Source: Eledone cirrhosa | Taxonomy: Eukaryota | Direction of reading: 5' to 3' | Length of the DNA stretch: 64,000 nt | NCBI GenBank assembly: GCA_964016885.1 | Contig: OZ024752.1 | Span: 6,510,001 to 6,574,000 of the forward strand | Shown: one piece after another, positions 40,011 through 51,759 of the stretch | Layout: the number at the start of each line of letters is the position of its first letter | Numbering within the stretch: position 1 is the stretch's first letter | Program-made: the position numbers and the translations under genes | Notes under the pieces: model-generated | The model's input: only the letters and a program-made list of their open reading frames with translations | Databases searched by the model: none | What the model was told of the DNA's origin: nothing

Positions 40011-40220
40011 TATTATTGAGGAGGCCAGACTGGTGAAATTCCTTCAAAAATTTATTCCAGCAAACACTATGTACATAATTACATAACTATTATGCAATAT
40101 ATACCTGAAGATGTCACCAGGATCCTATGTAACTGGCCACTGAAATGTACACGGTGTTTGCTGAAATAAATCTTTAAGGGATTTCACCAGTCCGGCCTCC
40201 TGTCATTTTACTCAATAATA
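40011..40220. repeat. Fold-back enclosing a degenerate hammerhead core
   Basis: Arms 40020-40075 and 40145-40200; CTGAAGA at 40105 and GAAA at 40142; flanked by (TA)n. Confidence 0.8.
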
Positions 40221-40603
40221 ATTAACTCTGTTCTCACATCTCCAACAAGATTCAACATCAAAGATGGATGAGTTGCATAACGTTGAGTGCTTTTCCTACC
40301 ATTACATCATGGTTGGCTATACTGAATGACCAGTTCTATCCAGTGGTGAACCACCAAACTTAAATATATATATATATATATATATAGACAAACACACACA
40401 CACACACATGTAGTATCATACATTTTAAAATCTCGATAACTGGTACATTAAGCAATGTTTTTCTTACTCACACATTCTCTATTGTATTTATTACGTTTTC
40501 GCATTTTCTCATTATTAGGGTATAAATGTTAAACTTTCTCTTAGGTTAATCACTACCTTGATTAAATCTTAACCATTTAACATCTCAGGGTATGTCATGT
40601 ATC

Positions 40604-40666
40604 ATTATATTTTGTCTGATGAGGACGTACTGTTGTACATCTGAAATATGTATAATAAAATGTAAT
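40604..40666 (+). ncRNA. Type I hammerhead ribozyme motif
   Basis: 12-bp stem I with GU pairs; CTGATGA at 40616; stem II GGACGTAC-TGTT-GTACATCT; GAAA-TATGTA-TA. Confidence 0.75.
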
Positions 40667-40701
40667 TGATAAAAAGAACATCTATTTTATTAATATTTGT
40701 A

Positions 40702-40759
<58 letters not shown>

Positions 40760-40873
40760 CAATATTAAGCAAGCAAACCAATGTCCAAATTAATCTATTG
40801 GCTTCCATAAACAAGTTGTCAGCCAGTAATTATACATAATCAAAAACTTGTTTTCTCAGACATGTAATACATG

Positions 40874-40911
<38 letters not shown>

Positions 40912-41263
40912 TCCACGCTGTAATGTGGCCGTGTAGGCAACATGGTAAAAACCTCCCAGCCCCACACTGTAAATGTCGTTGGTGTTAGGAAGGGCATCCA
41001 GCTGTAGAAAACCCGCCAGATAGTCCTATGCGAGCAAGACAACCACTCTTGCCTCAAGTGGCAAAACTCCCGTCCAAACCCATGCAAGCGTGGAACATGG
41101 ACGTTAAACGATGATGATGATGATATATATATATATCGGTTATTTTCATTTTCGTTGTCGCTAATGAGATATATACAATCTCTCTCTTTCTCTCTTATAT
41201 ATAGTAAATCAGTGAAGAATAACGTGGTCGGGGTCCTGACTCTTTTCATATATATATATGTAT

Positions 41264-41599
41264 GGAGGCAGATGGCTTAGTGGTTAGAGCATTGGCCTTG
41301 CAATCGAAAGGTTGTGAGTTCAATTCTCAGACCAGGTGATGTGTTGTTTCCTTGAGCAAGACACTTTATTTTACATTGCTCCAGTTTACTCAGCTGTAGA
41401 AATGAGATGATAGGGACTGGGGTCCCTATCATTCCACTGTAAAGTGGATGTGGAGGCGCCACAGAAAAAAAGCACCCAGCACTCACTGTAAATGAGGTTG
41501 GTGTTAGGAAGGGCATCCAGCTGTAGAAATCAAGCCAGAATCAGTTCCCGTCCCACCCTGACAACCAGGGAAAAGCAGACATAAAATGATGATGATGAT

Positions 41600-41600
<1 letters not shown>
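41264..41600 (+). mobile_element. tRNA-derived CORE-like SINE with RTE-derived tail
   Basis: A-box TGGCTTAGTGG, B-box GAGTTCAATTC, CCTTGAGCAAGACACTT core; tail CCCGTCCCACCCT...GGAAAAGCAGAC-(ATG)n. Confidence 0.9.
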
Positions 41601-41678
<78 letters not shown>

Positions 41679-42239
41679 AAAAAGTAAACAGAAATAACAA
41701 AATATATATATATATGTATAGGATGAGAGAGAGAGAGAATGACATGGTGATGTTGGTTAAATGTTGAGAGCTATCTCAAATGTTCCAGGCACTTCTTTCA
41801 TGTCTTGTAAACTACGATATTTGGGATGCTACTTTACCAACAAACAACTATACCCAAACCCCACCAACTAAACCCCTAAAGGTACATTCACATTAGTAAC
41901 TAGTAAAACACACAAAAACACACGGGCAAACTTCCATGTAAGATTAGGGAACAGATCTACTTAAGTTTACATAGTCTAATAATAATGGTATCGGATTCTT
42001 CCTTGGAGCAACAGTAAAGCTAAAATACAAGGATGTTGTGTTATTTCTTAAGGTCAAACTTCAAAATGTTCTAGCAAAATCAAAGACATTCCCCAACAAG
42101 AAGAAAATACTCCAAGAGTTGGGAGGGGGGAGTACTGGAAAAAAATGAGGAAAAATTAGACATTATTTCATGGCAAATAGTTGGAATATATCTGATATAC
42201 ACATTATATATCAGATATTATGAGTTATGTGTATGTGTG

Positions 42240-42301
<62 letters not shown>

Positions 42302-42460
42302 ATGTGTATATATATGTGTGTATATGTGTGTGTGTGTGTGTATGTATGTATATATATATGTTCACTCGTTCAGCGCATCGGTAGGGGTTCTCCTACATGG
42401 ATATAAAGTAGTGGCCGTACTCGAAAACGAGTTGGCAGCCACCATATATATATGTATGTA

Positions 42461-42533
<73 letters not shown>

Positions 42534-45500
42534 GGATTATTTGCTAGGTTTTGATTATGTTTATATATACATATAATTGTTTTACGTCTGCTTTTCTATA
42601 TATATGTGTCTGTATATACACATATATTATATACACACACATATATATTATATACACATATAAACAGAATTCCATGCTCTTGCAGCAGATGACTAAATAA
42701 TGATGCTTTAGAAGATAATTGAATGTGACAAATATATAGCTGTATCTTTCCAGTACAGTTGTCAAACATACACACATACATATATACATACAAAAACCCA
42801 TACACACTCATATATATATATCATCAATTAACGTCCATCTTCCACGTTAGCATGGGTTAGACAGGTCCTATTTTGAGGCAAGTTGTGATGGGTGACTGTG
42901 TCTCGCTCATATAGGGGTGTTTCTGGCTGGATGCCCTTCCTAATGCCAACCACATATATATAAACACATACATACATATATATATATATACATAAACAGA
43001 CACACATAGACACATATATATATACATATACAGACACACATACACACACATATATATATATACATATACATAAACAGACACACATACACACACATATATA
43101 TATATACATACATAAACAATCACACACACACATATATATGCATAAACATACATATATACATACATACATAAACACACACACACATATATATATACATAAA
43201 CACACACACATATATATATACATAAACACACATATAAACACATACACATATATGTGGAAATGTAAAGAACATTATCATAAAGAACTTTTCTTAAACCAAA
43301 TGATGGATCCTTGTTGAGAAAAGAATCTAGGGTTTGCAGACAACATGGTTGATTTCAGAAGGAAGTAGATGAAATGTCAAGTGGAACAATAGTTAAGTAC
43401 ATTTACTAGGTTAGAAGCCAGAAATATATGATTCCATTCTCATCAGGAACCTTGTTGCTCTTTTAGACTTTTCAATTATTCTTTACAAATACATAACTTT
43501 ATACATAGTTCTGCACTATGATTTTAACCCTTTTATTACAATATTGCTAATGAAAGACATTGCCTATGATTTTCAGATAATTTTTAAAGTAATCCAGAAT
43601 TTTGAAAGATTTATGGATATAATTACCTTTCATATTATGAAACTGATGAAGGACTAGCATCCAAAATTTTAAGACTTTTTCCTATTATATTATGTTTGGG
43701 ACATAAAGGTTCTTATATAAAATGATGATGGGAGGTTTTTTAGATAAATATAAACATTTTAAAACAAACAGCTTAGTATTTAAGAATCCAGGGAGGTCTC
43801 AGATAATTTGGTATAAAAAAAACTACATCCTGTCAGTGTCTAGGGATGAGAAACCCTAAATATTGAGAAAAAAGGGGTTATTTATTTACTGACACTACTC
43901 TCAGGTTTGTTCTGTCTAGGGACAGTAGCATCTGCAAGGTTTGTAGTAGAGTAAACTGTATTAGTAAATTCCCCTAACTCGAGAATAGGGCCCTAGATTA
44001 GGCAGTAATGATTCAGTAGTATATTACCCTTAAGTCTAAATTCTCAGGGAGATTCACCATAATACAGAGTGTGATAAAATTGACCCTTTGAATTACAGAT
44101 AGTGTCTCTTTTGTATTAAAGAGTAAGTTGCTGAGTATTGTACAGACACATGTAATTCTCAGGGAGATTCAGCATGGTACAGAGTGAGATAAAACTGGCC
44201 CTTTAAATTACAGGTAGAATCTATCCAATGGGCTTCCAAACAGTTTCTGTCTACACTATTTCCCTCCCAATCCTTGGCTCAAGATACCATAAACTGGGAT
44301 TGAACCTGTGACCTTGGCTCAAGATACCATAAACTGGGATTGAACCTGCGACCTTGTGATTGTAAAGTGAACTTCTTAATCAGTTGTTGCTGCATCCCGA
44401 AAATAAACCCTACGAGGAATAAGAGTGAGGTGGAAAATAAGGGCCGAGACAGTAAGACATGGTTAACTGGATGGGAGACATCATTTAATGTCCATTTTTA
44501 TTTCCTGCCAGCAAGAGCTGGGTATAACTTGATTGATCAATCAGATCAATCAACAAGACCCCAGTCCTCATTCATTTACTGAGTGGGTTGGACCTTGTCA
44601 AATCGGACTAAGGAAACAATGTTTCCGTTGATCTTTCCATTGGTGAAACTATCTACCAGTTGTAACTCCTGGCAGAAGGAGCAATGTGAAATAAAGTGTT
44701 TTGCTGAAGGACATAGCACATCTCCAGGTCTAGGAATCTAACTCATAACTTCATGATTGTGAATCCGTTTCCCTAACCTCTATGCCACGTGTCTTCACGT
44801 AGTTATGATAAACAAAGCAACTGAAAATATATGTTAAGTAGGTAACCTTGCTGCAACTGCTTGCTAATGCAGAATGCAGCATATTGCTGCCTCTTCAACA
44901 GCAGCAAGCTGCACACTGAGGGTGTTCCAACAATATAACACATCTTCAGAATGTCGCCAAATTATTGCATGCTCTAATGACATGCAGGTTGTATTGAGAG
45001 AAACATGTAGCATTCAGAATTATTTGTTGCATGTTGTGAAAATGGTGCAGGCTGCATTGAAAAGTGGCATGTAGCACCAGAGAAATAATTATTTGTTGTA
45101 TGCTATAATAGATTAGTAACACCCAAAAGACTGGCTGCACCAATTGTAGGAACATGGTTGATGCCATAATAGGTTGTAGGCTGCATTGAAATGACATGCA
45201 GTATACAGAATGAAATGAATACTTTTAGAATACATAATAAAACAACATTAACTCTTAAAGTCCTGTACCGCATCAAACCACATTAGCAAGTTCTTCTTGA
45301 AAACTACAGTACAGCACTATGACTACATCATATTATAAAATAAAGTATTTTCTCTAATAGTCCAAATTTTCACAACAGTCTGTCCACTTGTAAAGATGAT
45401 ATAAACATTTAGTACAAAACAGCCTCATATTAAAAAATAAAGTCGTTAGCTTAATATTGCAAATTTTAACAAAGTCCATTTGTAAAGATACTATACCCAT

Positions 45501-46293
45501 TTGAATTAACAAGTCTGTTTTTAGACTCATGAACTATGTAACTGGTGTGATGGAAAGTTTGTACCATGGGGTTATCCTCAGTCCAGAGAACTGGTTCAAA
45601 TACTGGACAAAACAATCATCATCATCATCGTCGATTAACATCTATCTTCCATGCTAGCATGGGTTAGACGGGTCCCATTTAGAGGCAAGTTCGGTCGGGT
45701 GACCATGTCTAACTCATATAGGTGAGTTTCTGGCTGTTTTCTACAGCTGGATGCCCTTCCTAACACCAAAAATATTACACCTGCATGCCGAAACCCAGAC
45801 ATTAAATGGATTCCATTAAAACTTTCTAATACATGTGTGCATCTGTGGACAGAGAGAGAAGAGATGTTTTTCCAAAGAATGTAGAAAATATTTTCAAGCT
45901 ACTTATAAGGAAATAATTGTATTGCTAAGAACTGCTAAGAATTTATCCAAAAGTCAACTGGAAGAACATTAGTTGTTCTTTGTTCTGCTTTTCTAGCGAT
46001 GAATCTTTCAATAAATAAATTCTCCATTCCCTAGAAACTATTTTAAAATATCAATAAAAACCACTTCACTTTCTTTGCAATTTGTACTCAAGAGATCTTT
46101 TCCAAATTAAAGCTGCATACATCCGCACACAGCCATAAACACACACACACACATACACCTGTCTACATTGGTTCCTTGTTGTGTTATTTCTGACTACAAA
46201 GCTTTTAACACAGGAGACAGGCGAGATGAATGATAAAGAGGAGGAAGAAAAGTCACATAAGCAACATTATAAGACTTTTAAAGTAGTTGAATA

Positions 46294-49200
46294 ATTTACA
46301 TTACTCTATATATACTATTGTATTGTCACAGTAAAGGCTTTACCTCACATAATATCTCATAACATTTACATTACTCTATATATACTATTGTATTGTCACA
46401 GTAAAGGTTTTACCTCACATAATATCTCACATAACATTTACATTACTCTATATATACTATTGTATTTTCACAGTAAAGGCTTTATCTTACATAATATCTT
46501 ACATAACATTTACATTACTCTATATATACTATTGTATTGTCACAGTAAAGGTTTTACCTCACATAATATCTCATAACATTTACATTACTCTATATATACT
46601 ATTGTATTGTCACAGTAAAGGCTTTACCTCACATAATATCTCACATAACATTTACAATACTCTATATATACTATTGTATTTTCACAGTAAAGGCTTTACC
46701 TTACATAATATCTCACATAACATTTACATTACTCTATATATACTATTGTATTGTCACAGTAAAGGCTTTACCTCACATAATATCTCACATAACATTTACA
46801 TTACTCTATATATACTATTGTATTGTCACAGTAAAGGCTTTATCTCACATAACATTTACATTACTAAATATATACTATTGTATTGTCACAGTAAAGGCTT
46901 TACCTCACATAATATCTCACATAACATTTACATTACTCTAAATATACTATTGTATTGTCACAGTAAAGGCTTTATCTCACATAACATTTACATTACTAAA
47001 TATATACTATTGTATTGTCACAGTAAAGGCTTTACCTCACATAATATCTCACATAACATTTACATTACTCTATATATACTATTGTATTGTCACAGTAAAG
47101 GCTTTATCTCACATAACATTTACATTACTAAATATATACTATTGTATTGTCACAGTAAAGGCTTTACCTCACATAATATCTCACATAACATTTACATTAT
47201 CATCATCATCATCATCATCATCATCATTTTACGTCCGCTTTTCCCTGCTTGCAAGGGTGGGACGGGTCTTATTCAGCACAGCATCTCTCCACTCGTCACG
47301 GTCCCTCGTCATCTCCACCGTGAGCTTCAATGATCTGAGGTCTGTTCTCACCACCTCCGCCCATGTTTTTCGTGGTCTATCTCTACCACGTCTTCCTTCA
47401 ACTGGCATTTCCTGGCACTTCTTCACCCATCGGTCATCCTCCATGCGCATCACATGTCCATACCACCTCAGTCTCCTCTCCCGTACACTACATTCTATCC
47501 CTCTCAGACACAGTTTCTCTCTCAACACATTTATGCTGGGTCGTTCACGCACATTTACACTGCACATCCAACGGAGCATGCTTGCCTCATTTCTCTCCAG
47601 CCGTCGCATATCTTCTGCGGTAGCTGCCCATGTCTCACTACCATGCAGCATCGCGCTCCTCACACAGGCATCATACAACCGGCCTTTCGTACGCAGGGAG
47701 AAACCCTTCTTCGTCAACAGAGGAAGCAGCTCCCTAAACTTCTTCCAACCCGTCCTTATTCTAGATACTATGGCCTCGGAACACCCTCCTCCCATGCTAA
47801 TCTGATCTCCTAGGTACCGGAAGCTATCCACCACTTCTATAGCGCCCTCTCGCATTTGAAAAATGTGTCTATCAGTGCGACTTCTACTGTCTAATTTCCC
47901 TGTACATCTACTGCATACATATTTCTCCCTACCTGTTAGTTTGCCTGCTATCCCGCTACATCTCTTGTGTACCCAGGACCTACATTGTGTACATTTTATA
48001 GAATTTATGCCAGTTCCTTTTCTGCATATCGAACATGGCCATTTCCCTGACGGAATCAGGGTTTTGTCCTCTTTTCTACTCATCAACACTTTTGTCTTAG
48101 CTAGATTTACTCTCAGTCCTCTTGCTTCCAACTGCTGTTTCCATAGCCGGAATTTATTCTCTAGCTCCTCTACTGATTCTGCCATAAGAGCCAGATCGTC
48201 AGCATAGAGAAGTTCCCATGGACAGCCAGTCTTAAACTCCTCTGTTATGGCTTGGAGGACTATAATGAACAAGAGCGGGCTGAGGACCGAACCCTGATGT
48301 ACTCCTACTTGTATCTGGAATTCCTCACTAAACTCCATTCCTACCCTGACTTTACTGAGAGTACCTCTGTACAAAGTTTGCACTGTCCTTACAAGCCATT
48401 CCTCAACACCCAGCTTCCTTAGGGACCACCAGATGACAGATCGGGGTACCCTATCAAAGGCCTTCTCTAGGTCAACAAAGGCTAAGTATAGTGGCTTATT
48501 CTTCTCTAAGAACCTCTCTTGCATTTGTCTCACCAAGAAGAGGGCATCTGTTGTACTCTTCCCAGGCACAAAACCAAACTGCATCTCATCTAGTTTGACC
48601 CTTTCTCTAATTAGTTGTGCTAGAATCCTTTCTGCCACTTTCATAACCTGATCTATCAGTTTTATACCCCTATAATTGCTCCTCTCCAAAGCATCCCCTT
48701 TACCTTTGTAGCAATTTATGAGAATACTGCTGCACCAGTCTTTGGGTATGACACCACCATATATAGCCTGATTGATTATGCGTGCAACCAGTTTAGTGCA
48801 TTACTCTATATATACTATTGTATTGTCACAGTAAAGGCTTTACCTCACATAATATCTCACATAACATTTACATTACTCTATATATACTATTGTATTGTCA
48901 CAGTAAAGGCTTTACCTAACATAATATCTCACATAACATTTACATTACTCTATATATACTATTGTATTTTCACAGTAAAGGCTTTACCTCAATATCTCAC
49001 ATAACATTTACATTACTCTATATATACTATTGTATTTTCACAGTAAAGGCTTTACCTCACATAATATCTCGCATAACATTTACATTACTCTATATATACT
49101 ATTGTATTGTCACAGTAAAGGCTTTACCTCACATAATATCTCACATAACATTTACATTACTCTATATATACTATTGTATTTTCACAGTAAAGGCTTTACC

Positions 49201-49720
49201 TCACTTAATATCTCACATAACATTTACATTACTCTATATATACTATTGTATTTTCACAGTAAAGGCTTTACCTCACTTAATATCTCACATAACATTTACA
49301 TTACTCTATATATACTATTGTATTTTCACAGTAAAGGCTTTACCTCACATAATATCTCACATAACATTTACATTACTCTATATATACTATTGTATTGTCA
49401 CAGTAAAGGCTTTACCTCACATAATATCTCACATAACATTTACATTACTCTATATATACTATTGTATTGTCACAGTAAAGGCTTTACCTCACATAATATC
49501 TCACATAACATTTACATTACTCTATATATACTATTGTATTTTCACAGTAAAGGCTTTACCTCACATAATATCTCACATAATATTGAATTTACGAGATTTT
49601 AATGTTATCTATTTTGAGAACAATACCTTAACATCAGTATCAGCAGCTGGTTATGGCTGGTTTAAACAAAAAGAGGTGAGAGAATTCTGTCCGGATATGA
49701 CCGTTTTAAATGCTAAAGGG
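46294..49720. mobile_element. Same piggyBac-like MITE (inverted) with a large 69-bp array, interrupted by the RTE at 47200-48798
   Basis: Ends TAAATGCTAAAGGG-TTAA at 49720; the array continues in register on both sides of the LINE. Confidence 0.88.
47200..48798 (-). mobile_element. Young 5'-truncated RTE-clade LINE with an uninterrupted RT ORF (47229-48798)
   Basis: Motifs NYRGIKL, QFGF, FVDLEKAFDRV, GVHQGSVLSPLLF and YADD, plus PHD and RRLRWYGHV. The stop abuts the (ATG)n tail. CATTA flanks both ends inside a 69-bp array. Confidence 0.96.
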
Positions 49721-50088
49721 TTAAACATCCTCAAATACTTGTGTCTGTATATGAGTATCATCCACATCTCTCTCTATATATATGAAGAGTGTCAGAGAAG
49801 CAGAAGATGTCTGTGAGTTAACCAAGGCAGGAACTGAAGAATGCCAGAGAACGTATTAATCCAAAGTTTCTAATGACTGAGAGAAACAGGAAATCATCCA
49901 CAAAAAAACAAATGTATATTAAAAAAAATAATAATGAGGTTAATTATTGTAATGATGGTGGTGGTGGTGGTGGTGGTGGTGATGGTGGTGGTGGTGGTGG
50001 TGATGGTGGTGGTGGTGGTGGTGATGGTGATGGTGGTGGTGGCAGTGGTAATAATGCTGATGATGATGATGCTGTTCACTCTATTTAC

Positions 50089-50250
50089 CTGGTATTTCCT
50101 GCAGTCAAATTAACCCTCCATACTTGGAGGTAAATATTTCTGACATATTTCTTCTTCTTTTGCAGACAGCAAGAAGGTTCTTTCTTAGCCCCGGCCCCCC
50201 TCCACACCACCCCCTCCTCCCCACAACATGGCGGCATTCTGATGCAGTCA
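50089..50250 (-). CDS. Candidate alternative MAGI exon (ATG at 50237: MPPCCGEEGVVWRGAGAKKEPSCCLQKKKKYVRNIYLQVWRVNLTAGNT)
   Basis: Acceptor-like CCTGTCTACAG, donor CAG|GTAAATAG; 162 nt, open, phase 2 to 2, compatible with exon 24304-24368. No homology evidence. Confidence 0.4.
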
Positions 50251-50853
50251 CTGTAGACAGGATATGGTGATAGCAGTCCCTAGAACTCACATACACATGA
50301 GAAGACTGCACGAGAACCCCAGTTACTGAACACACACACACACACCTACACACATACATGAACACACCTATCGAGAGGTCTCTCTGGACATCATTACCAG
50401 GTAGGAAGTGGGGGAGGGGTACTATGAGGGAGGGGGGGAAGGAAGAAGAAAACAGGAGTGGTGCCATGGATGAAAGAAAAAAAAAAAAAGATGGGTGGAA
50501 ATATTTTAAAGCTATCAACCTTAAATATTTTCACGATGAATAATTTGATACACCAAAATTTGTTGGGAATAAATGTAGTGTTATTAGTGTATTAACCCTT
50601 TTCTTACCAAGCTGTTTGAAAGTACCCCTGATTCTATGATACTAACCTGTTTATTTTAAAGTGTTTATATTTATCTAAAACCCTTTCATCTTAGTTTTAT
50701 GTAAGAATCTTTGTGAAGGTATGTTCCAAACACCAACTTCAACAACAATAATAAACTCAGTCATATTTCAAAATCCCTCCAAATTCTTAATTATTTCCAG
50801 AATGATTTGAAAATTATAGGCAAAGAAATGGTTTTAAACACCATTTCTATATA

Positions 50854-50998
50854 CTGTATTTCCTGGCGCCGAAGACACACCCTAGTTTTGACAACCAAAA
50901 ATTTGAAAAAATAAACCACCTTCGGTCTCCAGGACACACGTAGATTTTTGAGACATATTTTAGGAAAAAAGTAGCATCTTTGACACCAGGAAATACGG
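50854..50998. mobile_element. Tc1/mariner-pogo-like MITE, inverted copy, inserted at a TA in the first unit of a 48-bp tandem
   Basis: TA TSD and the same TIRs as 23354-23522. Confidence 0.85.
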
Positions 50999-51000
50999 TA

Positions 51001-51240
51001 CATAGAACTTGTAATACCAAACTTCCACAGAAACACCATTTCTATATACATAGAACTTGTAATACCAAACTTCCACAGAAACACCATTTCTATATACATA
51101 GAACTTGTAATACCAAACTTCCACAGAAACACCATTTCTATAAACATAGAACTTGTAATACCAAACTTCCACAGAAACACCATTTCTATATACACAGAAC
51201 TTGTAATACCAAACTTCCACAGAAACACCATTTCTATATA
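51001..51240. repeat. 48-bp tandem x5
   Basis: CATAGAACTTGTAATACCAAACTTCCACAGAAACACCATTTCTATATA repeated. Confidence 0.95.
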
Positions 51241-51759
51241 CTACAGAAACATAAAAACATTTTGAAAATATTTATCACACTCCCAGACTTACAGGTGTTA
51301 TGATGTTAGACATGGCCTAGGCCAATACTGACTCTATCAAAGTTATCATACACTCCCAGACTTACAGGAGGTGTTATGATGTTAGACATGGCCTAGGCCA
51401 ATACTGACTCTATCAAAGTTATCATACACTCCCAGACTTACAAGTAAAAAAGAAGAGTATTTGTAAAAGGAACAGACACCAAGACACTTTTAACATAAAA
51501 CAGGGGCACACAACTAGAACACACACAGATAAACACAATCACACAGAGATACACACACAGATACACAGATACACACACTCACAGATACACACAAACACAC
51601 ACTCTTGTAAAAACATCAGACACATAAGACAACAGTTATCTTCCTATCTTCTCCCCAGAGAAGTTAGGAGAATATATTTCCAATGAAGTTTTAAATAGTA
51701 TGGGGGGGGGGTAGAGAACTCTTCATCTTTGGAAGAAGAAGAGTAGCAAGAATTCTTCC

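Noticed and set aside
41264-41335. tRNA gene
   Set aside because: It has A and B boxes but runs into SINE core and tail and is multi-copy; it is a SINE head.
50224-50235. YY1-like motif CAACATGGCGGC as a promoter element
   Set aside because: A single short motif that overlaps the candidate exon's codons; insufficient on its own.
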